The position numbers and the translations under genes were made by a program. 64,000 nucleotides of DNA, from contig JAIVFI010000027.1 of NCBI GenBank assembly GCA_025558095.1, positions 186,001 to 250,000 on the forward strand. The letters run 5' to 3'. Shown piece by piece: positions 11,696-20,477 of this stretch (position 1 is the stretch's first letter; every line of letters starts with the position of its first letter). Below the pieces are notes generated by a model that was given only the letters and a program-made list of their open reading frames with translations, was not told where the DNA came from and did no database searches. The DNA comes from Hyaloraphidium curvatum SAG 235-1 (lineage: Eukaryota; Fungi; Monoblepharomycota).

Positions 11696-12940
11696 TCAGG
11701 GGCGCATGGCGTTCTCCACGTCGCGCACGACGTTGGGATCCGCAAAATCCACCGAGAACCTCCCCTGGTAGCCCTTCCTGGCCCTCTGCACGGCATCCAG
11801 GTACGCCTGCGAGTAGAAATAGCCCTTGCCCCTCGACGATGTCGGGAAGGCCTGCTCCTGCACCGGAAGCCAGGCCACGCGGCGGCCGTCAAGGCGGACA
11901 TGGCCGAGCTGCCACGCCCAGGCAACGGCCGCGAATCCGTACTTCGCGATCAGGGGCGCAAGGTCGCGTTCAGAAGCTTCGAGGTAGCCCTGTGCGAGAC
12001 CGACATCAGAGTGCGAAGGCCAGGCGGCCAAACAACCGCCCACCTGCATCGAAGGCGACAAGTACGAGAATCCACGGTTATGGTACAGGACGGCGTGGTG
12101 CCAGCAGTCGGGCGCGTTTGCGAGCATGTCCCTCCCTCCCCATGCGGTCAGCGCCGTGAGCGCGTTGCCAAACTGCCGCGCGATCCCCAAGCCCGGGTGC
12201 GTCTGGCCGGGCAGGCGGGGGCGGGCGGAGGAGAAGGTCCTCCTGGGGTCGCGGAGCTCGAGCCATTCGATCATGAAGACGGCAGCCGGCGTCTTGAACG
12301 CCGTGCAGATGTGCTCGATGTCCTTGTCGATTGTTTCGGGCGGCAGGTCCCATAGCGGAGCCAAGTTGCCCTGCGGCGGGGCTGCTCCGTCGCGGATGCG
12401 CAACAACTCCTGGAAACCCTTCCAGTCATGCACGCTCTTGTCCTGCAGCCGGACGCAGAGGTCCGCCAGAAAGTCGGTCGTGGGCGCCGAGGCCTCCCGG
12501 ACCGTCAGACGGTGCACGAATCCGTCCGTGGGGTGAAAATCGCACGTGAGGTCCTCCAGGTCGATGCCATGCCGAGACAGCGGAGCCGCGAACCCGAAAT
12601 CCGCGGCAATCTTCTTCAAAAAGTCCGCCGAATACGCTCTGAGGAACTTTGACGGCCTTTCCTCGCCCGACTGCAGCGCAAGCTCAATCTCCGCAAGCAG
12701 GTCCTTATCGGCCACAACAGTCCTCGAAGCGCCGGTGATTTCGCGCCGCGCCCGGGCCTGCATGTACGGCGGGAGCTCTTGGTGGCTCCGCAGCGCGCCG
12801 TCGAGCCGTTTGAGCCCGTCGCTGAGCGCTTGAGCGATCCGCGCGATTGTCCCTGGAGCGGAGTCGCGGGCAGGGTCCTCGGCGCACAACCCGTCCAGGG
12901 CACGTCGCGGGTCGGGCGGCGGGGTGCCGGGAGTCTCCAT
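11696..12940 (-). CDS. Conserved hypothetical protein (IEWLELRDP...RPRLPGQTHPGLG...P..WHHAVLY), one in-frame intron
   Basis: Long ORF with an in-frame intron near 11990-12045 (MQ|GTGGGC...CAG|GY). The motif resembles the C-terminal domain of some bacterial deacetylase-family proteins (from recall, unverified). Confidence 0.7.
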   Translation of the reverse strand: METPGTPPPDPRRALDGLCAEDPARDSAPGTIARIAQALSDGLKRLDGALRSHQELPPYMQARARREITGASRTVVADKDLLAEIELALQSGEERPSKFLRAYSADFLKKIAADFGFAAPLSRHGIDLEDLTCDFHPTDGFVHRLTVREASAPTTDFLADLCVRLQDKSVHDWKGFQELLRIRDGAAPPQGNLAPLWDLPPETIDKDIEHICTAFKTPAAVFMIEWLELRDPRRTFSSARPRLPGQTHPGLGIARQFGNALTALTAWGGRDMLANAPDCWHHAVLYHNRGFSYLSPSMQVGGCLAAWPSHSDVGLAQGYLEASERDLAPLIAKYGFAAVAWAWQLGHVRLDGRRVAWLPVQEQAFPTSSRGKGYFYSQAYLDAVQRARKGYQGRFSVDFADPNVVRDVENAMRP

Positions 12941-13089
12941 GGCACGGCACGGGTGCTCAACGGGCCGCTACCAGGGGGCTTAGCGAGGGGAACGGTGCTT
13001 CGGGATGGGCGCGTTCGCCCGCGGACGATTTCACGTGCGGGCCAACCCACATATCTCCGTGGGGGTCTCGCGTCGCGATCGGAGCCACG

Positions 13090-13668
13090 ATGAGCGAATC
13101 CCGCGTCATCGTCCACATGGCCGCCAGCCTGGACGGCTTCATCTCGCGGCGGGACGGCAGTGTCGACTGGATGGAGATTGTCGACGAGTTCGCCGGAGGG
13201 GAGACTCTGACAGCCGCGGCGGCCGCCGCGTTCGTCAAGACGATAGACTGCTACGTCATGGGCTCCCGCACCTACGAGACTGCACTAGACTTCGAGGCCA
13301 AAGGCCTTGGATGGGCGTACGGGGAGACACCGACTCTGGTCCTCACCAACCGGACGTTGCCGAGAACGCGCGACAGCGTCGAGTTCTACAGCGGGTCGCT
13401 TAACCGGCTGCTCGCAGAGCGGCTGAAGCCGCGCTACCGCACCATCTGGGTCGCGGGCGGCGGTGCCGTGGCCGGCAACTTCGTGCGCCACGGACTGGCC
13501 GACGAACTCCAGTACTCGGTTCTGCCCATAGTCATCGGCGACGGCATCCGCTTCTTCGAAGGCCTGGATCGCGACGTCGCGCTCCACCTACTCGAAGTGA
13601 AGGCCTACACGAGCGGCACGGTCGCCCTTCGCTACGACATCCGCCGCACCGCTGCGACGCCGGCTTAG
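13090..13668 (+). CDS. Dihydrofolate reductase-like / RibD C-terminal domain protein (bacterial-type, intronless)
   Basis: VIVHMAASLDGFI...VMGSRTYE...IWVAGGG...LADEL...LPIVIGDGIRFF...SGTVALRY. Confidence 0.92.
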   Translation: MSESRVIVHMAASLDGFISRRDGSVDWMEIVDEFAGGETLTAAAAAAFVKTIDCYVMGSRTYETALDFEAKGLGWAYGETPTLVLTNRTLPRTRDSVEFYSGSLNRLLAERLKPRYRTIWVAGGGAVAGNFVRHGLADELQYSVLPIVIGDGIRFFEGLDRDVALHLLEVKAYTSGTVALRYDIRRTAATPA

Positions 13669-13720
13669 GCGCGGGGCTCTATCGGCCGGTGGTATACCTC
13701 CGAGATCCAAGTTCTCCTCC

Positions 13721-14515
13721 TCAGCCCGGCCGCAGATTGAGCATGTGCTCGTCGTACGTTACCACGGCCTCGAATCCCAGCCGTCGGTACACCGCGATCG
13801 CCGCTGTATTGTCCACGCTGACGTTGAGCCCCACGTAGCAGACCTTTTCCAGGAGCGATCGGCACAGCGCCGCGACGGCCGCGGTGGCGAGACCCTTGCC
13901 GCGCGCCTCGGGCCGCGTCGCGATGTTGCCCAGGGCTGCCACACCGTACTCGGGCGAGTAAACGTGGATGCCCGCAACGCTTGCCAGGGTACCGCCGCGG
14001 CGAACGCCAAAGTACTCGCCCGTGTCGAGCATCCGCGCGTCGAACCAGTTGCCGTCGTAGGCAGCCGAGTAGAGCTCCTCCAGCTCCTTGCAATCGTCCG
14101 GCCCGAGGCGCACCGCATCGGAAATGTCTACGCGGTCGAGCTGCGAGGGATCCGCAAGACGCATCTTGACATAGGCTCCGTGCGGCTCCTCCGCATAGTC
14201 GGCGAGGGCGTCCAGCACGCCGGGGCTCAGATGCGCGTACATTCTTCGCGGCAACAGATGCAACACGTCCTTCAGCAGCAGCTTCATTCTCTCAGGGTCC
14301 TTCGACAGGGCCAGGAGAACGGGGAGCGCGGTATTCGACGCTCCGGCGTACAGCAACGCGACTTCTAGCAGCTCCTCGCCCTCTTCGAGCCCAAACCACA
14401 CCGTGTACGACCAGAAAAAGTCGTCCAAATCGCCAATCTGGTAGTCATAGAGCACCGGGTCGCGCCGGAGGAAGGCCGCGAGCCTCTCACGGTCGTGGAC
14501 CACGACCGCGCGCAT
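13721..14515 (-). CDS. GNAT acetyltransferase (FR47-like C-terminal domain; bacterial-type, intronless)
   Basis: LGNIATRPEARGKGLA (motif A) and LNVSVDNTAAIAVYRRLGF (motif B). Start MRAVVVHD at 14515. Confidence 0.9.
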   Translation of the reverse strand: MRAVVVHDRERLAAFLRRDPVLYDYQIGDLDDFFWSYTVWFGLEEGEELLEVALLYAGASNTALPVLLALSKDPERMKLLLKDVLHLLPRRMYAHLSPGVLDALADYAEEPHGAYVKMRLADPSQLDRVDISDAVRLGPDDCKELEELYSAAYDGNWFDARMLDTGEYFGVRRGGTLASVAGIHVYSPEYGVAALGNIATRPEARGKGLATAAVAALCRSLLEKVCYVGLNVSVDNTAAIAVYRRLGFEAVVTYDEHMLNLRPG

Positions 14516-14788
14516 CGCGCGTCGGCAGCGCGTCTGTTCCTTCCGTGGGCCCGCGAACTGTCTTGCGTTCGTCACAGTGCAGCAAGTCGTTCTTCATGTG
14601 TCGCTATGGACGTCTCCGGCCATGTGGGAGATTCGCCGCAGGAGCCGGCTCGTGAAAAGATTCGACGCAGAATACAACGGCTTCGCCACCGCGCTCAAGC
14701 TCCCAAAACACCACGTCCTTGAAAATCTTCTGTCCAAATCCATGCGGCAGCCTTCGAATCATCGAGTTCCCCATCCAGATTCGCGAAA

Positions 14789-15163
14789 TCACTGAACTCT
14801 CCAGAACTCCAGCTGCATGACAGCTCCAGGTCCCGGCTCGACATGGTGCTTCAGCTTTGGGGGTGTGACCGCAGCTTCTCCGGCCCGCACCGGTACAGAA
14901 ACGTCTCCGCCGCCATCAATGCCTTCGAATACAAAGTCCAAGCTGCCCTCCTGGCACACGAGCCTGCCCCACACGCCCGCCGCCGTTGAGTGGGAACGCT
15001 TGAAGCCTTGCGGCATCGACTCGCCGGTCCACACCGGCATGGTCTTGTAGCAGACGACACCGGGCGGTAGCGAGTAAGGAGGCGGGCCGCAGGTGCCCTG
15101 GTCGGCAGAGGTCGGAGTGGCTTCGGCGCGACCGGAACCCGTCGAGCCAGCGTCGCCTTGCAT
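14789..15163 (-). CDS. DUF1971 / TehB N-terminal-like cupin protein
   Basis: YKTMPVWTGESMPQGFKRSHSTAAGVWGRLVCQEGSL...PP...HHVEP...LEFW matches the DUF1971 pattern. Intronless. Confidence 0.8.
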   Translation of the reverse strand: MQGDAGSTGSGRAEATPTSADQGTCGPPPYSLPPGVVCYKTMPVWTGESMPQGFKRSHSTAAGVWGRLVCQEGSLDFVFEGIDGGGDVSVPVRAGEAAVTPPKLKHHVEPGPGAVMQLEFWRVQ

Positions 15164-15337
15164 GACGGCACGACGGAAGAAACGCGTCTGAATTCAGGCT
15201 GCGTGGAGCGCTGCACGCGTCCGCTGCATGAGCTAGTAGTAGCTGAGCGCTCTGCGAGTGTCGATACGCGGAGTGAGTGGACGCGTCGCGCCGCTTGCAA
15301 ACTCCGTTGCTGTGTCTCCCACTCCCCACTTGCAGCA

Positions 15338-16579
15338 ATGTCGATCCGCCCGGGCCGTACGGTGATCGCCAAGACCGAGGAGGTCGTCTACGGCCAGCCG
15401 GCCGCGTCGGCGGTGCCCGAGCTTGCGCGCCGGCGCGGCGCCAGGCGCGTGCTGGTCATGGCGTCGGGCACCCTCAATCGCACCACCGACGCCGTCAAAC
15501 GCGTCGTCGAGGCGCTGGGTGACATGTACGCCGCGACCTTCGATACGGTTCCCGCGCACACGCCCCGCTCGGCCGTCATTGCGGCCGCCGCGCTCGCCCG
15601 CGAGTTCGGCATTGACACCATCGTGACTGTCGGGGGAGGCTCAGTGACGGACGCGGCCAAGGCCGTCGCGCTCTGTCTCTCCAACGACGTGACCGACGTC
15701 GACGCGATGGACCCCCTCCTCGCCGGCCCGGTCAAGCCTCCTACCGTTCGCTCGATCGCCGTGCCCACCACGCTCTCCGCCGGCGAGTTTTCGGCCATCG
15801 CGGGCGTGACCAACGAGAAGAAGCGCGCCAAGGAGCTCTTCAACCACCCGCTCTGCGCCCCGGCCGCCGTGGTGCTCGACGCCGAGATCACCCTGCACAC
15901 GCCGCAGTGGCTGTTTATCAGCACCGGCATCCGCGCCGTCGATCACTGCGTCGAAGGATATTGCTCCTCCGCACCGTCGCCTTACGCCGACGGCCAAGCT
16001 CTGCACGCTTTGAAGCTGCTTTCTTCCGGCCTGCTGAAGGTCACCCAGAACCCGCAGGACCTGGACGCGCGGCTCCAGTGCCTGATCGGATGCTGGCTGT
16101 CCATGACTGGCGTCGCGACGGGGGTGCCCATGGGTTGCAGCCACGGCATTGGTGCGTGTCCTGCGAGATCGATCTGTCGCAGTTGTGCTGATCGTGAGCT
16201 GCCACTGACAGGATACGTCCTCGGAGGCGCGTTCGACGTCCCGCATGGGCACACCTCCTGCGTCATGCTCCCCGCCGTCATGAAGTGGAACAAGCCCGCC
16301 AACGCCGCCCGCCAGGCCGACATCGTCGCCGCTCTCGGCGGCAAGCCGGGCGACGACGCCGGGGACCTGCTGCACAAGCTGATCGCCGCGCTGGGGATGC
16401 CGAGGAGCCTCAAGGCCGTCGGCGTGGGGAAGGACAAGTTCGCGTTCGTGGCGATGCGGGCGATGAAGACCAACTGGGTGCCCAGGAACCCGAGGAAGGT
16501 GGAGTCGCAGGCGCAGGTGCTGGAGATTCTCGAGATGGTTGCGGATGATGATGCTTGGCCGCCGGCGGCGAAGATCTAG
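15338..16579 (+). CDS. Iron-containing alcohol dehydrogenase (maleylacetate reductase-like)
   Basis: VGGGSVTDAAK, VPTTLSAGE, TGIRAVDHCVE, GCSHGIGY...VPHG. One in-frame 60-nt intron at 16152-16211. Confidence 0.92.
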   Translation: MSIRPGRTVIAKTEEVVYGQPAASAVPELARRRGARRVLVMASGTLNRTTDAVKRVVEALGDMYAATFDTVPAHTPRSAVIAAAALAREFGIDTIVTVGGGSVTDAAKAVALCLSNDVTDVDAMDPLLAGPVKPPTVRSIAVPTTLSAGEFSAIAGVTNEKKRAKELFNHPLCAPAAVVLDAEITLHTPQWLFISTGIRAVDHCVEGYCSSAPSPYADGQALHALKLLSSGLLKVTQNPQDLDARLQCLIGCWLSMTGVATGVPMGCSHGIGACPARSICRSCADRELPLTGYVLGGAFDVPHGHTSCVMLPAVMKWNKPANAARQADIVAALGGKPGDDAGDLLHKLIAALGMPRSLKAVGVGKDKFAFVAMRAMKTNWVPRNPRKVESQAQVLEILEMVADDDAWPPAAKI

Positions 16580-16656
16580 GTGAAGGCACGTTTGCATCTG
16601 CGTTTCAAGTTTGAATCCGCGGCGTGACCGCTCAAATCTTCGCACATCACGCAACA

Positions 16657-17346
16657 ATGCGGACGCGTTTCCGTCGTCTGCTGCTTTGCGTCCTGCTTTT
16701 CATTCCTCTCTCTCTTACGACGCGGGCCCATGTACCGGAAGAGCAACATCCGGTTGCCGGAGACGACGCGTCCCACTTCCTCACCCTCTGGCTTCGGCCT
16801 GCGTCCCCAGACCTCGACGAGTTCCTGTACCGGATCATTGCCAGCGAATGTCGATCGCTGGTGGGCGCGTCGGCGCCCTTCACTCCCCACGTGACGCTCT
16901 TCTCACTCTCGGACGAGGCATTTCGGGACACGCCCGTCGACGACGCGATTGAGACGCTCCGGAAAGCCATTCACGCGTGGCGCGCCCGCATTGGCCGCAC
17001 GGACCCCGGACCATTGGAAATCGTCTCCCTCGGCCCACGTGCCGGCCCCACGGACGACTTTTGGGAATGCGTGATGCTGCTCTTCACGCAATCTCCGGAC
17101 CTCGACGAGCTCCGCGCGGCGGTGCAGGAGTCCTTCGGCGCGGCACGCACACCATTTCAGCCACATTTATCGCTCGTGTATGGGGACTTCACTGCGGAAA
17201 AGCGGGACGCGATCGCGGCTGAGTTGGGTCGGACGGTCGGGAACGATCTTTCGGGGCCCGTGGCCTTCGACAGAGTGGAGCTCTGGCGATGCGGGATTGA
17301 GAAGAGGACTGAGGATTGGATCAAGCTAGGCGAGGTGTTGCTATAG
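16657..17346 (+). CDS. 2H phosphoesterase (cyclic phosphodiesterase/CPDase-like) with possible signal peptide
   Basis: Two HxT/S motifs (FTPHVTL, FQPHLSLVYG), plus LWLRP and a C-terminal W..LGEV. Hydrophobic N-terminus. Confidence 0.85.
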   Translation: MRTRFRRLLLCVLLFIPLSLTTRAHVPEEQHPVAGDDASHFLTLWLRPASPDLDEFLYRIIASECRSLVGASAPFTPHVTLFSLSDEAFRDTPVDDAIETLRKAIHAWRARIGRTDPGPLEIVSLGPRAGPTDDFWECVMLLFTQSPDLDELRAAVQESFGAARTPFQPHLSLVYGDFTAEKRDAIAAELGRTVGNDLSGPVAFDRVELWRCGIEKRTEDWIKLGEVLL

Positions 17347-17444
17347 ACCTTCTTGCCTCCTCCTTTCTTGTCGCAAGCAACGCCACCGCGAGGTCCCTTG
17401 CCCTTTGCCCGCCTGCGCCTGCCCACCCCCCCACGCCGAACGCG

Positions 17445-18444
17445 ATGTCGCTCACCAACGAGCCCTTCAACATCTTCGCCCCCATCGGCGAGGTCCGGCA
17501 GACGGTCGTTCTGCCCATCCCGATGCCACCTGCCCCTGCGGCGCGGCCCCCGCCGAAGCTGGATCCCGAAGTCATCCGGCGGTACCGGGAGGACGGGGTG
17601 GCCGTCCTTCGAGGTGCGATCGACAAACCTTGGATAGACTTTCTTCGGGCTATCGTGGAGAACGCCATGGCGACGAGCCAGGACGGTGGGAGACACCGGC
17701 ACGCAATGCCATTTTGGCTCACCACGGCGAACAGCGAACCTCGGGGCGAACTACACAAAGGAAGGCGGGCCTGGCAAGTTCTATCACGAAATCGATGTTT
17801 GGCGCCGCCTGGCTCCGGCCATGGAGTGGATTCGCGGCGGACCGATGGGCGAGCTGGCTGCCAAGCTCATGGGGAGCAAGTACTCGTGCTTCCTCTACGA
17901 CCAGCTCTTCGTGAAGGAACCCAAGACGGAAGACGAAACGCCCTGGCACCAGGACCGCCCGTACTGGGCAGTCACCGGCGACATGGTGATCTCGTTCTGG
18001 ATTCCCCTGGATCCCGTCGACGCCAAGACTTGCGTCCAATACGTCCGCGGCTCGCACCGCTGGCAGGAGCACAACCCCCGCACCTTCCGCCCCGGGAACG
18101 CCCCGTACCGTGCCGGACTCCCTCTCCTCCCGGACCTGGACTCGCCCGAGGAGCAGAAGAAGCACGAGTTTCTGTCTTGGGACATGGAGCCCGGCGACGT
18201 GATCGTGTTCAACGCGATGACCGTTCACGGCAGCAAGGGCAACCTCAGGTCCGACACCAGGAGGCGCGCGTGGGCGTTCAGGTTCGTGGGCGAGGACCAC
18301 GGATTCTGCGATCAGCCTGGCCGGCAGTGGGGCTGGCCGGTGACGGACATGTGGAAGGAGGGCTACAAGGCCGGCAGCAAGATTGTCGGGCACCGAGATC
18401 ATCCTGTGGTCTACGAGGAGAAGGAAGGCGGGGCCAAGCTGTAG
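17445..18444 (+). CDS. Phytanoyl-CoA dioxygenase (PhyH) family Fe(II)/2OG oxygenase
   Basis: YREDGVAVLRG, TPWHQD, FWIPLD, GSH, MEPGDVIVF...HGS..N...RRA. Intron 17686-17734. Confidence 0.92.
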
Positions 18445-18577
18445 TCGAGTGCGCGGCTGGCTCGTTGTTGGTACAAGTAGCGTGTGTGAATGTCGTTCAA
18501 TCAAATGTGATCTTTGCTATGTACAGGCTCGCTTTCAAGTTTATCCAATTGCCAAGAACGCAGAGCTACCAGCTTGC

Positions 18578-19458
18578 TCAGCACCCTGGCGTCGGAACGG
18601 GCACATCCGGGTTCAGGAGCTTCCAGCCCCTGGAGCACCAGTGGTTGGGGTCGGAGTAGCCGGAAGTCTTCCAAATCCGGTAGTGGAGAGCCCCGCACTC
18701 AAAGTAGGGGGATTTGTCGGTCCCGCTCGCGGCCAGCTTCTCGCAGCAGGATTTCGGGACCCAGATGCAGTCCCAAGAGTTGGTGGCCATGCAGCCGATC
18801 TGCCCGTATTGCGTGCGCTTCACTGGAGTCCAAGCGTCCTTGCCGCTCTCGTCCTGCAGGCAACCCCACGACGAGCCGGGATAGCTGGGGCCGTCTTTGG
18901 GCGCAACGCAAGTAGCGTAAGGGCGCGTGTCGACCGGCAGACGAGGGTAGCTGACGTGATCCGAAGGGCAATTCGGGTTCGGCAGGGGAATGCCACCTCC
19001 GTCCAAGTTGCCGGTGCACGTGGTCGGCGCCGGGTAGCCCAGAATGTAGACATCGTGAACGGTCTTGCACCACCCATCTGTGGGGTCATAGGGGCACGCG
19101 ATGGTCCCGGTAGGCTCGACCGTGCGCGGCCGAGGCCTGGTGCAGGCGTCGTCCAAGAAGAATGTGCATTGCCCCTTCGATCCGGCGCAGCCCAGCTGGT
19201 AGAACTGGAAAGTGCCGAAGAAGAACGCCGCGTCAGAGCACGAGTACATGCACTTCTTTTCGTTCTGTAGGCCTGGACGTCACGGAGTTCACCTGGACAG
19301 CGTCGCGACTCGCTCACCGGATACGAGGTTCGGCGGTGCCGCGAGAAAGAGCCCAACGATGCGCCGTGGGGGCTCGCTGGAGTGTCTACCAGAGGCATAG
19401 CAAAGGTTTCGGTCGCCGCCAGGCAAAGGGCGACGAGGGTGGCGAGAGATGCTCTCAT
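18578..19458 (-). CDS. Secreted cysteine/tryptophan-rich protein, 2 exons
   Basis: Signal peptide MRASLATLVALCLAA. An intron GTGAGC..CTACAG (~19266-19317) joins it in frame to ORF 18578..19249, which is rich in Cys. Confidence 0.8.
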
Positions 19459-20024
19459 TGTTTGGTCGAAGACACGATTGTTTGTCACGGACGGAGCGAT
19501 GGAAAGCAGGTTCGTTGGAGAAACTGAATGCGATGCAGAGTCACGGGACGCAGTCTTATAGTGAGTCGGGGCAGCGCCACGCTCCTGTTTCGGCGCAAGG
19601 GTCCGAACGATCCGCAGTTGTTCGAGCCTCGGAATCGTGGGGTCCTTTGACTCAGACCAGGGTGGCGCAGGCCCTGTCCCCCTTCTGCTGGAGTCTCGTA
19701 AAAAGTTGAGGAGGACGAGAACCTTCTTTCCCTGACTCTGCTACATCAGCGTCGAACCCCGGACCGGGCTGGGTGACTTGGCGTGATGGAATTCCTTGTG
19801 CGAGCATCCTGTCCAGCGGACAAAGGTCGGTATAGAATCAGCGGCCTGTACTTCAATAGCAATAGATCCAGCCCGAGGCCTTCTTTGGCAAGAAACACGA
19901 AGATTTGGGGAGCGAGCCTGCGCGCGTGTCCGGCTGCCGCGTGCGCCGATCCGCAGCGATCCGCAGTCGCCCCCGCTCGATTTCGCTGTTGCGGACCGCG
20001 CCGTCTGCTTCGGACTCGTCAACG

Positions 20025-20305
20025 ATGCTCTGACTATTGTTCTGCGGTGAGCAACCCCGGGGCCGTTCGCGATGCAAGGCCTCTGACCCTCCCCAGGGAT
20101 CGCCTTCGTCGCCGAAAAGGTGTCGAACAAGGTGTCCCGCTCCCGCGCGCAGGCCAAGGCGTGCAGCGGCTCCAAGAAACCCGCCATGGTCACCCTTCCT
20201 GCCCCGCCGAAACCGCGGTCGGCGAGTCTGGACGGCGTCGAACCTCTTCCGGCCTACTCTCTCCAACCAAGGGCCGGAGAAGTTGCGGCTTTGGCTCGGG
20301 CTTGA
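20025..20305 (+). CDS. Candidate 76-aa selenoprotein (MLULLFCGIAFVAEKVSNKVSR...LPAY...), 2 exons, in-frame TGA at 20031-20033
   Basis: ATG 20025 with A at -3; exon 1 20025-20046; canonical 50-nt intron 20047-20096 (GTGAGC/CTGAC/CAG); exon 2 20097-20305 in frame with ORF 20120..20305. A SECIS-like element starts 24 nt after the stop. Confidence 0.7.
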
Positions 20306-20328
20306 GTTTTCGTACGGCCGAGGATAGA

Positions 20329-20400
20329 GCAACGCGCCGCGTCATGATCCGCGCCCGGAAACCTGGGCGGGCTGCGGGGAATCTCCTTGCGACGTGTAGC
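20329..20400 (+). promoter_or_regulatory. Eukaryotic SECIS-like element (type I-like)
   Basis: Pattern ATGA(20344-47)-N11-AA(20359-60)-N18-GA(20379-80). Helix II is CCGC/GCGG plus GCCCG/CGGGC. Helix I pairs 20329-20340 with 20389-20400 at 10/12 positions, with an internal loop between the helices. Folded by eye. Confidence 0.72.
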
Positions 20401-20477
20401 TCGTACCCCTGCCTGTTGTGACGCGAATCGACCCCCTTTTCTGCTCAAAGTCTCCTCCTGTTTGGCGTGATTCTCAT

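Noticed and set aside
11696-18444. Bacterial contamination or an intact operon
   Set aside because: Several genes carry spliceosomal introns, orientations are mixed, and the block is contiguous with clearly fungal genes.
19741-20332. Minus-strand ORFs 19741..20193 and 19853..20332 as the real gene at this locus
   Set aside because: Low-complexity translations. The plus strand has the consensus intron, a coherent peptide and the SECIS-like element.
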